A DNA stretch of 64,000 nucleotides. Origin: the human T2T-CHM13v2.0 reference genome, Homo sapiens. Made by a program: the position numbers and the translations under genes. Under the pieces are notes generated by a model, which was given only the letters and a program-made list of their open reading frames with translations, searched no databases and was not told the origin of the DNA. Location of the stretch: NCBI RefSeq assembly GCF_009914755.1, contig NC_060926.1. One strand, given 5' to 3'. Below are positions 13,198 to 29,625 of this stretch, one piece after another. The first letter of the stretch is position 1, and the number at the start of each line of letters is the position of its first letter.

Positions 13198-15420
13198 CCC
13201 TAAGAGGACTGATAAATAAAAGAGAAGGCACATATTACCAGTAGCAAGATTGATTCTACATGAGATATACTAACAGGATATTAAGAATAACATTATACCA
13301 ATGACTTTAAAAGTGTATATGAGATTTAAAAAATACAGAAAAATACAACTGACAAAATCTGACATTAACAGAAAATGAAAAAGCCACAGTTATGTGTCTA
13401 ATAGAGATTGAATCCATAATTAAAAGTCCTCTTACAGAGGTTTTTGTAGGACAATGGCAGCTGTGTATTTTTCTTCACCCTAATTTAAAAAAAGTTATGA
13501 AATCAAGCAGGAGAGGAAAGAAAACCATGTATCACCCATCTCTTTTAGTATGAGAAAACAAATAATGCCATAAGTGTTCAATTGATTTATGAAGAGAAAT
13601 AAATTCCAAAACATTCCCTTCTGCCCTCCTGTCTTTATGAAGAGTACTAAGAGTGGGGAGAAGAAGATTAAGAGTAGAATGACATGCACCTGGGGCTTGC
13701 TGGCAATTCTGTCCCTTCTAATGGTAGAGCATTGTGTGCATACGTGTGTTCACCCCCCAGGGTCAAAAAAGACTTGCCTTCCCAGTGTTCTTGCTTCCAG
13801 TAAAGCCACACCACAGCATCCACAAACAGCTGCAGCCTAGGCCAGTGAGGCACTCAGTAGACACCAATGATGTTGATAAAAGCTGAAGAAATCATATGGA
13901 GTCTATATTACTGTTCTTACATGGAACCAAAGTCAAGGCACCCTACCCAACTGAGACTGTATGACATATCTACAGGAAAAAGTTTTTCCCTATGAAAGCT
14001 ATATCATAAAATTGGAAAAAGTGGCTGTTCCATCATATGCACAGATACCAGTGTAGGAACACAGGAAACGTGAAAAGGCAGGGAAACCTGATACCTCCAA
14101 AGGAACACAAGAATTCTCCAGTTAATATACCCCAAAGTAAAGGAAGCCTATCAAATGCCTGAAAAGGAACTCAAAATAAAGATCTTAAGGGAACTCAGCA
14201 AAATACAAGAGAACACAGATAAAGTATTCAACACCATCAGGAAACAATTCATGATCTCAATGAGAAATTCAGGAAAATGGTAGATATCATAAAAAAGAAT
14301 CAAATCTCAAAACTGAAAAATTCAGTAAATGAAATAAAAATAAAATCAAGAGCTTCAACAATAAACTAGATCAAGCAGAAGAAAGAATTTCTGAACCTGA
14401 AAACACATGTTTTCAAATAACCCAGCTAGATCAAAAGAAAGAATGAAGAAAGCTTACAGAACATGTGGAACATCATTAAGCGATCAATTTTTGCATTATG
14501 GGAGTTGGAGAAGACGAGGTGAAAAAAGGCATTGAAACCTACTTAATGAAATAATAGCTGAAAACTTTCCAAGTCTTGGGAGTAATATGGACATCCAGAT
14601 ACAGGAAGCCCAATGATCTTCAAATAGGTTGAAGCTGAAAAGGCCTTCTCCAAGGCACTTTATGGTCAAACTCTCAAAAGTCAAGAGAGAATTCTATGAA
14701 CAGCTAGAGAAAGGTGTCGAATCACATAAAAGGGAATCCCCATCAGACTAATGGCAGATTTCTTAGCAGAAACTTTACAGGCCAGGAGAGAATGGGATGA
14801 TATATTCAACATGCTGAAAGAAAAAACTGTCAGCCGAGGATACTGTAACTGGCAATGCTATTCTTTAGAAATAAAGGAGACATAGTCTTTCCAGACAAGT
14901 GAAAATGAGGGAATTCATCATCACTAGACTGGCCCTAAGAGAAATGATTAATTACTTCTGCATCTGCAGTAAAAAAGTGATATCTAAGCATTATGAAAAC
15001 ATGCAGATAAAACATACTAATAGAACAGATATATAGATGAAAAAGAGAAGGGACTCAAACGTTAACACTACAGAAAAGTCACCAAATTGCATAGATAAAC
15101 AATAAGACAAGAAGAAAGATACAAAAGATATACAAAATAACTGGAAATCAATTTAAAAGTAGTGGGGATAAGTCCTCACCTATTAATAACCTTGAATGTA
15201 AAGCATTTAAATTCCCCATTTAAAAAATATAGACTGGCTAAATGAATTTTTTAAAAATACAAAGCAGGACCCAACTATATGCTGCCTGCAAGAAACTGAC
15301 TTCACCCGTGAAGAAACACATAGACTGAAATGAAGGAATTGAGAAAGAAATTCTATGCACATGGAAACCAAACATGAGCAGGAGTAGGTATAGTGTATCA
15401 GATAAGATAGACTTCAAGTT

Positions 15421-15720
<300 letters not shown>

Positions 15721-15842
15721 AGATAGACTTCAAGTTAAAAAAAAGAAAAAAAACCTACAACATAAAAAGTGACAAAGAAGGCAATTATTAATATATAGTG
15801 ATAAAGGGATCAATTCAGCGAGAGGATATAACAATTGTAAAT

Positions 15843-15876
15843 ACACACACACACACACACACACACGCACGCACAC
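15843..15876 (+). repeat. (AC)12 plus GCAC variant microsatellite inside L1 ORF2
   Basis: Read directly. Confidence 0.95.
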
Positions 15877-16686
15877 CAAACACCGGAGCACCCAGATATA
15901 TAAAGCAAATACTGTTAGATCTAAAGGGAGCGTTAGACCCCAATATAGTAATAGTTGAGGACTTCAGCACCTCACTCTCAGCAACAGATAGATGATCCAG
16001 ACAGAAAATCAACCAAGACATATACTGGATTTAAACTGCATTATAGACCAAGTGGACCTAACAGATATTTAAATAATATTTAACAGCCACAGAATATACA
16101 TTATTTTCATCAATTCGTGGAACATTCTCCAGGACAGATCGTGTGTTAGGCCACAAAACAAGTCTCAGCAAATTTTAAAAAATCGAAATTATGTTAAGTA
16201 TCCTGTCAAACCACAATGAAATAAAGTTAGAAATTAATAACGAGGAAATTTGGAAACTGTACCAATACTTGGAAATTAAACATGCTTCTGAATGACCGGT
16301 GGATCAATGAAGAAATTAAGAAGGAAATAAAAAAAAAATTTGAAGCAAATGAAAATAGAAACATAACACACCGAAACCTATAGGATACAGCAAAAGCAGT
16401 AGTAAGAGCGCAGCTTATAGCAGTAAATGCCTACATCAAAAAAGTAAAAAGATTTCAAATAAATAACCTAATACACCTCTATGAACTAGGAAAGCAAGAA
16501 CAAACCAAACTGAAAATTAGCAAAAGGAAAGATATAAGAAAGATTAGAGCAGAACTAAGCAAAATAGAAACTAAAAAATACAAAGGGTCAATGAAATGGA
16601 ATGTTGATTTTTTTGGAAAGATAAATAAAACTGATAAACCATTAGTTAGACTAAGTAACAAAGAGAGACGATGAAAAAGAAAATTA

Positions 16687-16978
<292 letters not shown>

Positions 16979-17195
16979 TTAGAACTGTAATAAAAAAATT
17001 AGAAATGTAATATGAGATATTACAACTGATACCACAGAAATACAAAAGATCATTAGAGAATATTACGAATTACTATATGCCAGCCAATTGGAAAACATAG
17101 CAGAAATTGATAAATTCCTGAACATATAAACTTTCAAGATTGAAATAGGGAAAAACAGAAAACCCAAACAGACCAATAACAAGTAATGAGATTAA

Positions 17196-17567
<372 letters not shown>

Positions 17568-17750
17568 TTTTTTTTTTTTTTTTTTTTTTTTTAAACAGGG
17601 TCTCACTCTCACACATGCTAGAGTACAGTGGCATGATCATAGCTCACTGCAATCTTGAACTGGGCTCAAGTGGTCCTTCCACCTCACCCTCCTCCTGAGT
17701 AGCTAAAACTATTAATCCAAGCTGGCACAATGATGCCTGGCTAATTTTTT
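17568..17750 (-). mobile_element. AluJ right-arm fragment
   Basis: Poly-T followed by acagggtctcactc...atcatagctcactgca. Confidence 0.82.
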
Positions 17751-18932
17751 TAAAAATGAAACTTTAGAGCCAAGCATGTTTAGTCAGGATCTAGACACCA
17801 CTAAATGTTCTCTTTTAATGTTATATATACTGTTTTAACAGGCTTGGCTGGTCTATCTTCAACTTATTTAAGAACATGTGTTATAAAACTATATAAACAA
17901 AAACCTTAGATTACCATGTATGGATCATGCTAAAGTAAATTGTCCACTAATCATTTTAAGGAATCTTCTCTTGGATAAATGGTTTGTACTTCTTAATCAT
18001 GGTCCATCTTAAATTAGATGTCAAAAAAATTTTCAACTCGGGTATAATTTCAGGAGAAGGAAAAGGTAAAAGAATCTCTAATAATTTGTTATTATGTGCT
18101 GTGTACAGAATACTGTGTAAGGGACTTTATATACATTATCTTATTTAAAGGTCACAACTGCATATCATAACATAATCCTTTTAAAGAAAATGGAGTTTAA
18201 GAATGTTAAATAATTTGCCTTGTTCCACATAGATACTATGGGGTGGCAATAAATTATGAAACCTGGTCTGTTTAGTTCTAGAGTCAAGGCATAAAAATAT
18301 TTAATTTTAAATAAAATGTCTAATTACTTAAATTTTTATGTATTATAACTAACAGGTACATTGTACAAAATCAAAAGCTACAAAGAGTTGTATACAGAAA
18401 ATACATTTTTGTCTCATCCTGGCTCTGTTGTCACTCGGTTTCCCCAAAACAGTCGTTAACAGTTGTTTTCAGAGCTATTCCATGCATGGACAAGCAGATT
18501 GTTTTCTTGCACTCAATTTTGTTAAATAGAAATGGGTGTAACAAAATATATACACTGTTCTTCATATTTTTAGAAAGTATTTAGCAATATATGTTGGAGA
18601 TTATTCCATGTCAGTGTATCTATTGCTGCATTATTTTTAAATGATATCATAGTATTTAAGGATACATGGTATTTTTAACCCATCCACTGTTTAAATTTTT
18701 CCAATCTTCAGCACTTACTAATAATGTTGCAGTGATTTTCTTTGTGCAGTATTTCACATAAAACTGAATTTATCAGTAAGAGTTGAAACCTAGATCAGAG
18801 TATGAGAGATATTGTCCATTTCCATCCATAGGAATTAAATCAATTTATATGTCAAACAACAGTATATATGCTGTTTCATTACACTCTCAAAAACATGGTG
18901 CTATGAAATACCTGGGTCTTTGGCAAACTTAG

Positions 18933-19281
<349 letters not shown>

Positions 19282-19586
19282 ACATTTATTTTTTTTAAAG
19301 GTAATGAGGCTGGACATTTTTCTATTGGAATGTTAGTCTTTATCCTTTTGGGTTATACAAATTCTTAGTAGAAATATTAACATTTTGTCTGGGGTGAGTT
19401 GCTAATATTTTCTCTGTCTCTTGTCCATTTTCTGTGTTTAGGTTATTTTTTTTCTAGTGGAACTACTGTTTTCATACAGTCAAACTGATTAATCTTTTAC
19501 ATCATCTGGATTTTATAGCAAACTTAGCTTTTCCATCATGCTTTTATGGTTTCACTTGTCTTGCTTACTCTGGTCTAAGCTAGGAG

Positions 19587-19728
19587 AGCTGGGCATGGTA
19601 ATTCCAGCTTTTTGGTTGGCTGAGGAGTTGAGCCCAGGAGTTTAAGGCTACATTGAGCTATGATTGCACCACTGCACTCCAGCCTGGGTAGCAGAGTGTG
19701 ACCCTGTCTCTTAAAAAAGAAAAAAAAA
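19587..19728 (+). mobile_element. FRAM/AluJ right monomer
   Basis: ttgagcccaggagtttaaggcta...gagctatgattgcaccactgcactccagcctggg followed by an A tail. Confidence 0.85.
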
Positions 19729-22700
19729 GTTATTAAACAAAAAATCTAGGAGAAAGAGACTTCTTGTTTATCCCCCCAAATAGCTACTAAGCCCAGTACT
19801 CTTTTCTGAATAATCTTTTCTTGATTAGTTTGAAATGTCACATTTTATCAGGTTTTATTTTATTCTGAATTTCCATTTGTTATAGGGTCTGTTCCCAGAC
19901 TTTCTGTTCTCTTCTGTTGATCTAATTATGCATAAGTACCATGCTGTTTTATTTACCATACCTTTATATTACTTTTAATGTATTACTTACATTCAATAAA
20001 ATTAACCAGTTTTAAATTGCATACCGTCATGTAACTCACAACAGTCAAGTTGTATCCTTGTGCCCTTTTGCACCCAAACCCCTGGATAATATGGTAAATG
20101 TGTGTGTAACTTTGTAACTTCCATACAATTTTTCCCCTTTTACATTTTTACCAGTAGTGTAAGAGAGAGTTCCAGGTGTCCCATATCCTTGTCAGCATTA
20201 GGTGTTATCAGTCTTTCTAACTTCAGCTATTTTTGTGGCTTTGTTGTGGCAACTTACTGTTGTTTCAATTTTCATTTCTCTTAAGACTAGGGATTTTGAT
20301 CCTCTTCTCCTTTGCTCATTGGCCATTCATATAGCTTGTTTTATGATGTTTCTAGTCATATCTTTTCTCCTTTATTTATGGGTTGTTTCTTCTCTAACTG
20401 TTGCTCTATAAGAGTTCTTCAAAAATTCTGGATATAGGCTCTTTATAGATAGGATTTTTGCAGTTTTTTACCCCAGACTGTGGTTTACCTTTCTACTTTT
20501 TTTAAACCTGTCTTTCAAAGAGCAAACTTTATCTTCATGAGGTCTTTTTAAACCATTTCTTCTTATTGTTCTTTCTTTGTCTGACCTTGTGTCACAAATA
20601 TTTTCCCCTCCCAAGAAGTTTAATGGTCTTACTTCTTAACTTTATGTGTGACCCATTTTGATTCAGTTTTTATTGTGAGGCAGGGTCAATGATTATTTTT
20701 TTCCTATACAGCTTTCCAGTTTTCCATCAGCTTTTATTAAAAAGTCTACCCACTATCCACTCAACTAACTTAACACCTTTTTTGAAAATTATTTGTCCGG
20801 TAAGTGTTATTTCATCAATGTCACTCTGTCATGATACTGTAATTTTATAGCAAGAATTGAAATCAGCAGTTCTTTTAAATTTTTTTCAACTATTTGAGTA
20901 TTTTTCCTCTCCATTAAAATTTTAAAATAAGTTTGGTAATTTCTTCAAAAATTCCTCAGGATTTTTATTGTGATTTCATTCAATCTAATTTCCCTTTGCA
21001 GTACTTGTAGTTTTTCATATAAAGGTCTTTCACAACTTGCATTTGATTTGTTTCTGAATATTTTTGATTGATGCTATTTTGGAGTTGTTTTAAGTTTTTA
21101 CTTTCCAATTGTTTGCTGCCAGTTTATAGAAATGCAGTTGATTTTTGTATCCTGCAACTTTTCAAAATTCAACTATTCTACATGCTTTGTGGGTTCCATA
21201 GGGTTTCTTTATACATAATCACATTGCTTGTATGTAAATATTATTTTAATTTTAATATTCGACTTTTATGGCTTTTTTTTTTTTTTTTGCCTTATTGCGG
21301 TGGCTATTCTTTTAGTATAATGTTAAGTAGAAGTGTTGAGGGCAGACATCCTTGCCGTGTCCCTGATGTTAGGTAGAAAGCTTTGAGCCTTTCACTGTTG
21401 AGTATAATGCTAACTGTAGATTTTTCACAGATGCTCTTAATTAGGTTGAGGAGTTCCCTTCTATTCCTGATTTGCTGTGACTTTTATCATAAAACGGTGT
21501 CAAATTTGGTTTTAATGCTTTTTCTGTACCTCTTAGAATGATAAGATGAATTTTCTCCCTTGTTCTATTAATATGTTAAATTGCATTGGTTAATCTCTGA
21601 TGGTAAACTAACCTTACATTTCTAGGATTATCTCCACTTAACCTTTTTAATGTATTTTTGGATTCAATATGCTAATAGCTTTAAAGGGTTTTTGTATCTG
21701 TGTTCAATAAGGATTTTGTTCTTTTTTCTTGTGAGATATTTATCTGTTTGTGACCTCATAAAATGAGATGGTCAGTGTTCTCTCCTTGCGTGTTTTCTGT
21801 TAAGAGTTTGTATAGGACTGATGTTATTTCCTCTTTAAATGATTAAAGGAATTCACCAGTGAAGCCATCTAAGCTTGGAGTTTTTTTTAGTGGGTGTCTT
21901 TTTAATTACAAACTCAATTTTTTGAGTTGATATTGAATTCTTTAGTTCATCTGTTTCTTGTAATTTTTCAAGAAATTGTGTTACCTAAGTTGTCAAACTG
22001 AGGCATCAAGTTGTTAATAATATTTTGTTAATTTTTTAATGCTTAAAGAGTCTGTGGTTAATCCCTTCTTTTATTTCTCACTTTTCTTGTTCAATCTGGC
22101 TGGAGTTTTGTCAGTTTTATTGAGTTTGCCCCTCTCCCCTAAAATAATCAGCTTTTGGTTTCATTGATTTCTTTCCCTCCCCTCATCAATCTGTGTTTTT
22201 AGTTTTACTGATTTCTATTCTTATCTTTATTATTTCCTAACTTTTATGTTCTTTGGGCTTAATTTGCTTTTTTTAAAATTTTTTAGTTTCTTAACATAGA
22301 AGCTTAAGCTATTGATCTAATACCATGTTCCTTTTTTAACACAGGTGTTTAGAACTACACATTTTCTTTCAGCACTGCTATAGTTGTGTGTTGTATTCAC
22401 ATATTTTTCTGTGGACTGCCTTTAGCCCGAGACTGAAAGCTTTGGAGAAGGGAACATACTCTTAGAGCTTTCCATCTCCCTTCCCACAAGTGAACATGAG
22501 CTCCCACCAGTCTGTCTGCTTCTGCTCCCTCTCTAGTACCTTCTGATGATTACCTTTATCTTATGTCCAAATTTTGTCATTGTTTTCTACAGGGATGATT
22601 TGACCGATAGGGTCTTAACTCCATCATGCTAGAAAATGGAAACTGCTTAAGGACTTTTTTTCCTTTTTAACTATTAAGAGAAAGATTCTTGAAGCATAGG

Positions 22701-25222
22701 ATTTTAGAGTTGGCATATAATTAAGAGATTACTTAGTTTCTCTTTATGCAATACAGGAATCATCCCTGAGTCTTTCTTTCTTCAATTAGTTACCAAATCC
22801 TAGTTTTTCTCAAAATATAAAAATATTCTGTTTCCAGTTATGCTGTTAGTAGCTTCCAGGTTGCAGCTGAGCTCCTGATCACTTGGTCCTTTGGATTATC
22901 CTTTCCTTCCTTCAGTCCCATCCTTAAATACCCAGTAGGGCTAGAGTCCTTCTCAACTTCCCCTCTGTGTGTTACTTCTATCAGCTTTGAATACCTGATG
23001 TGTGTCCTGTGCCTAAGGGATTATTTTTGTTTATCCTGAGGCCCACTTTGGATATTGGTTTATGAAGGTGGATACACCCTCCTACCCCTTACCTTACAGA
23101 AATCCGTATTAGACTTAAGGTCCATAATCTTTTTCCTTCACTACTGAGTGTTTATTTCTCCTACTCTTTACTGCTGTAGTCATTTTTATCATTCCAAACC
23201 TGTCCTTCTGCAAGACAAGAGGAAAATTCATCTTGAGCCCCTATTTAAGTATTTCATTCTTAACTGTTCCATTTGTTTATTTTCTTTTCCTTCCTGAGTT
23301 ATAAGCTACTTATAGAGTATCTTACCCATTGTAGGCTCTTAACTATTTGTAAGCTTGATAGGATTTCATGAAAATGCAAACTACTAATGGGAACAGATTT
23401 TGGACTGGAGAAAAAAAGATTTTAGAACCTCGAAAGCAAACAAATACAGAGTAATTTAAGCCAGGCATAAGTGTAAGCAGCAAACAAAACAGCATGTTTG
23501 CCAGTGAGAGTTAAAAAGGGAATTAAAGTTGGAGTTTGCAGGAGGAAATGATAGGAAAAAGAATGGCTGCATCGTAGTGGTCAACTATATACTGTTTGAG
23601 ACTATACCAGTTTTACCTTGTTGACAATTTGATGTAATTTTAGGGAGTATTTAAGATTGCTATGCGCATTTTTTTTTCAAATAAATGTTTGCTTACCAGA
23701 TGTTTAGAATATAATTATCTGGTCTATTTAATTCTTGTGCAACTGACTAAAGGAAAACACTGTATCTGTAGTGCCAGGTTGGGAAATGGCTGAGAGTTTA
23801 GAATAGAAAGTTCTTTTCTTAAAGTATAAAAGCAATAGACCTATGTAACAGGGTAGGAAATAAATCATTAAAAGTATTTAGATTTCAGGTCAAGTTATAA
23901 AGAGTTTTGTTAAATTAACTAAACTGTTTAGAATTTATTAAGATATACAGAATAGATTTTAAGAAAAAATGTTTCATAGAGTTCAACTGTCTCTGATGGT
24001 GGTGCATATGTAGATTTTTACTTTTAGCCAATTTTATGACCACTTAACTAGTGAAATGAAATATTAAACTTAAAACAGTCATAAAAAGTCCATTTGCCTA
24101 GTGATTTTGTGCCAGGAAATGCATGTGCCAACTGTACGTACCCAACTCATGGCTTCTTGGTTTCTCTGGATCATTAATCACTGTAGAGTGAGAAAAGAGT
24201 TTGAGCCTTTTAGAAAGCATGAAAAGGAGAGTAATATTAAAGAGATAGTGATTTAAAACCTGTCCAAGTCATGGATGAAGCCAGAAATTTTCCTGATATG
24301 ACCTCATGATTTCATATTAAATTGTTATATAATTCTGGAATTCTAAAGCATTACATTCTGCAATGTAGTGTAGTGGTGAAAACTAGGAAAGGCCCACATT
24401 GTGATATATCTAGATTATTCAGAGTGAGATCAGAGAGAAGCCAGCAGGAACAGCATGGCCTCTGATGAATGCTTTCATCCATTCTCAGTTTTTCAAGACA
24501 TACGAAGACTGTTATTGGATATGTAGAAGTTCCTGTAGTGGGCTGCTTTCACAGGATAATGGAAACTGGATAGGAAGCTGTTCAGAAGTTCAGCCTCCCA
24601 GAATATAAACTGCCAAAATATTAAATAATTTTTTTAGTCAAATCTGATGAAATGATTAGAATTTTATTTTACATGCTGTTGGTATTTTTACATATGAATT
24701 TTTCTTTTTAGAGATCATGAATAAAAACAACTCAGTTACAATGTGTTGTTTACCTTTTTAGTACACTATAGGAACATGATTATAATGCATGCTGCTGTTA
24801 ACATGAAAGTGGTTCAATACAGTGATATGGGAATTGGAAAGACTCATGTGGTCAGATTTTCAGTTTGATCTGTAGTTTATTGATGTATTTATAAACATTA
24901 CAATAAATTTGTGTAAATAAATGTGCCATTGCTAACACAGTTTTAAGAATTACTAAATTTACTGAAGTCACCTTAATTTTATTTACTATCACATGTTAGC
25001 CACAAAGAATAGATGTCTGTTTGACATATTTAAAATCTATAATGCCTAACTTTACCTCCTGTGAGAAGGAAAACTCCCCCTTTCTTACCCAGCTTCCTCC
25101 TACTTAAAACAGACATTCACTAAAATTAGAACAAAGTCATGAATATTTTTGACTCTATCCAGTTTGGTGGGTTCTTTTTTTAATTCAACACAATTTCATG
25201 CTGCCCTCCTGCTCATAACAAG

Positions 25223-25281
25223 AATAAGATGAATGGATTCATCTTATTGATGAATGTATTAAGATGAATAGATTCATCTTA
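25223..25281. repeat. Two tandem near-perfect palindromes
   Basis: AATAAGATGAAT-gg-ATTCATCTTATT (25223-25248) and TAAGATGAAT-ag-ATTCATCTTA (25260-25281). Confidence 0.95.
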
Positions 25282-25759
25282 TTGGCGATTTTGTGCCAGG
25301 AAACTCACATGCTAGTTGTCCCTTCCCAAATTAAGCCCCCACAGGACTCAGTAACACTCCACTCCTGCCAGTTCCTTTAGTGCAATCATAGGCATTAGTT
25401 TTGCTACCTACAGTAGGTAAAGGTGCCTTATTACCCAAAAGTAACAACAGCTTGAGCCTTCCTGGAATGAATCTCTGCAGCTAGTGTGTTTGAAGCTCCA
25501 CCTGTGACTCTTTCTTCAAAGGGGGCTTCTAGTCAAGGATTCCTAGCTACTTATTAACTATGCTATAGCTATTACTGTCACAGCAAACTTTCTGATGTCC
25601 TGGCCTTCTTTATTATATTGATAAGATTATGGTATCCTATTAAATAATCATATAAAGCTTCACAACAGCCTTCTTCCTCTGTGTTATTCCACATATTACT
25701 TAATAACTAAAGGTCAGAAGTAGTATTTTACTAATCTTAACAGTGAACCACTGTGATGC

Positions 25760-26176
25760 ACACATCCTATGACAGAGAATGAAAATACCAGATACTGGCT
25801 TTCTCAGCCTCCTGTCAGCAGGGATGGTTGTTTGAGCCAGTCTAACCAAAGGGTCTTATGGGAGTCTGTTGGAGTCTCTGGGAAAGATACTCCTCCTTAA
25901 TAAGATGAAAGAAGTCAATGAAGGTCCAGTGCCACTCTTTTCTGCTTGTGGACAGTATTGTGTTAGCACATGAGGCTTGGAACTTTTGCAGGCATTCCCT
26001 CAAAGAGGGGGAGGTCCTCAGACATCAGGAGGATGGCATAGTAGAGTGGGAGATCCTGGCTCCTGAACTAGCGTTGGGGCCAGACTTTATTTTACGTGAG
26101 AAGCGTAAACCCAAATTGTTTATATGACTTTTAGATTGGTATTCTGTTATTTATAGCCAAAAGCATCCTGATGTAA
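25760..26176 (+). mobile_element. MLT1 (I/J-like) MaLR LTR relic
   Basis: tttctcagcctcc...ctctgggaaag...attctgttatttatagccaaaagcatcctga 3' end. Confidence 0.65.
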
Positions 26177-26521
26177 CTTGCTTTCCCCTATTTCACCAAG
26201 CCATAAGAAATGTATCCATTGTTTGATTTACTCGTTCAGTAAATTTTATTAATGCTAGTCATGAATGAAAATTTTTATGAAAACCATCAAATAAAGTAGA
26301 ATATGTTAAACATATTTTAGTTCTGTTGCCTGGAAGACACACATACATCTCTGCTTGTTTTTAGATATATAACAGATTATTTCATTTTAGCAATTCTATT
26401 GGTATTTGAAACATAAAGTTTTGGTAATTGTTGATTTTGTAGTTTTGGTTGCCAGCATTGCTTGGCCGAGATGAGTTTTGATGCATGGCCGGGAGGGTGG
26501 TAAGTAGTGGGGATATACGTT

Positions 26522-27277
26522 TGTTGACGAAAAGAATCGAACTCTGTAAAATATTTGAAGAGATTTATTCTGAGCCAAATGTGATTGACCATGGCCTGTA
26601 ACACAGCCCTCAAGAAGTCCTGAGAACATGTGCCCAAAGTGGTCGGGGTACAGCTTGGGTTTATATATTTTAGGGAGCCACGGGACATCAATCAAATACA
26701 TTTAAGAAATACATTGGTTTGGTTCAGAAAGGTGGGACAACTTAAAGCAGGGGCTTCCAGGCTATAGGTAAATTTAAACATTTACTGGTTTACAATTGGC
26801 CGAGTTTATGTGAAGACCTGGGATTAATGGAAAGGATTGTTTAGGTTAAGGTAAAGGATTGCGGAGACCAGGTTTTTTTGTGCAGAGGAATCTCTCAGAT
26901 AGCAAACTTCAGAGAGAGAGCAGGTTGTAAAATGTTTCTTATCAGATTTAAAAGGGTGTCTGGCTCTTAGCTGATTATCTCCTAGATCTGGAAAGAAAGG
27001 AAGGAAAATAAAGGGATAAGGGGATTATCTATATAATGTGGATTTTTCCCACAAAAAACTTTACAAGGCAATTTCAAAGTATGGCAAGGTAATATATTTT
27101 GGGGTAAAACATTTTGATTTTTTCCCTTGTTATGCCTGAGTAAGACTGGAAAGTAAGTCACAATATACAGGGTTAAACAAAGCTCATGTGATGAGAATTT
27201 ATGGTTTGTAGGGCATGACTCCCTAGATCCCTTAGAAAGGAATTTGGGCAAGATAAAAAATTAGAGCTTAGCCTTTA
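26522..27277 (-). mobile_element. ERV1 solo LTR, MER4 group (MER4E-like), about 756 bp
   Basis: aactctgtaaaatatttgaagagatttattctgagccaaa...ggaatttgggcaagataaaaaa; imperfect 4-bp TSD cgtt/cttt. Confidence 0.85.
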
Positions 27278-29304
27278 CTTTCTTCCATTGGGAAGAAAAG
27301 AAAGGTTCAATTCATTTAAATCATCTGCCAGGCAGTTTTACCAGGATTACCTTTCTTTCTAGAATGACATTGAGAACTAAGTAATTTTTTAGGATGGCAT
27401 TGAAATCTAAATAACTTAAATGAAGCTTTTGTTTTGAATGTGTTATCTGACTTCTGAACAGAGCTGAAGCCCTGAGCTGTGTGAAGTTGACAGTTTCTTT
27501 GGCCAGGAGAAATGGCTGGGGGCTTTAAGGTTATCTAATCAATCACTTACTGACATTAATGCAATTGGTTACCTAAATTGGATATCCTGTTGATGTGTAC
27601 TATTTCTAATACCTCAGCAAATTTACATTGCGTTAGGCTGCTAGATATCCCAGATGTGAGCTAGGAAGCGAATTTCACCTCTAGTACTTTTAGTACCCTT
27701 AGGTCTGCTGAAAATTGAGGAATTCCTTTGCTTAAATTAATAATTACATTCTAAAATTATCTAAAAGATATGCTTTTATAATGGTAACTTCAGTAGAAAG
27801 AAATTCAGAATTTGGAGGGAGCTTTAGGGTTTTGAATCTGCTTTGTATTTGGTGGAAAAGCACAAATGAAATAAATCACATAATAATCAGTTTTGAACCA
27901 ACTTTGAAATGGCACTTTGCAATAATAATAGAAAAGATATGCAAGATGAACCCTCTGTATCTCATAGTTGGTAACTTTAATAGATAATTTGACTTCCATG
28001 CCTTCAGTTGTTCTTTGTCTTGGGGCTAAGTATCTGTAAATTGTGCAGGTATTTTAAAAGAGAAAGGCAACATTGTAAGACCTGGGGGAAAATGAATTAG
28101 CTGTTGTATTTATTATATATGTCATTTAAAAAATATGGCTTTTCTCCATTTATTTCATATAACAAATCTTACAGAAAATATTTTCCTTATGCTTGAAGTC
28201 AGATGTTTCTGAGTGTTACACTGTTGTGTAATGAATACCAGGCAGGGACATATTATGTAGCCAAGAATTAAAAATGTTCTTCCACAATGAAAATAATGTC
28301 AAAACTATATCTTTAGAAATGCTGTTACTGATAATCTTCAATTATTACAACCAAGTAATATGGTATAGTAAGCGAATTCCAAGTAAGATTATTTAGGCCT
28401 TGATTTTGAATGGAAAATGGCCATTATTTGTGTATTTTTTTAGTCAAACACAAGTTTGCATCAACAAATAGATGTTCTGAAGTAAACTTTTTATATGGAA
28501 TCATTTTAGATTTATTGAAAATTTGTAATAACAGTACAGAGAATTTTCCTATCTTTTTCACCCAGCTTCTCTGATGTTAACATCTTATATGGTATATCTG
28601 TTGAAACAAGAGGTTAATTTTGGTGCAATACTATTAACAATGGACTTTATTCAGACTTCACCAATTTTTCCACTAATGTCCTTTTGTGGTTCTAGGATCC
28701 AACTGAGAATACCACCTTGCTTTTTAGTCATTGTATCTTCCTAGTCTTCCTTCATTTTGTGATAGTCTTTTCTTGCTTTTCATGGTGCCTTTGAAAAGTA
28801 CTGGTTGGACATTTTGTAGAATGTTCCTCAGTTTGGGTTTGTCTGATGTTTTCTTGTGATTAGACTAGAGCTGTAGGCTTGGGGGAAGAATACTGTAGAG
28901 GTGGAGTACCCTTCTCATGTCAGAGGTTCATGATATCAACATGGCTTATCACTGGTGATGTTAATCTTAATCACTTAGTTAAGGTGGTATCTGTCAGGTT
29001 TCTTTACTGCAAAGATGCTGTTTTCCCCTTTACATTTACATACTCAATCCACTAAGCACAGCCCACACTCAAAGGCTGGCTGTTGGGGGAAAGGAATGAA
29101 GCTCTACTTCCTGGAGTGCAGACTATTTATATATATTATTCATACTTCTGTGGAAAATATTTGCCCCTACTCCCCATTTATTTAATTAGTAATTTAATAA
29201 TATCAATATGGACTCATTGATATTTATTTTAATTTTTAGATTATAATCTGGTACTATCATTATTTTGCTGCTGAAAGTAATGGCCAGCTTTGGCCATTGG
29301 GAGT

Positions 29305-29625
<321 letters not shown>

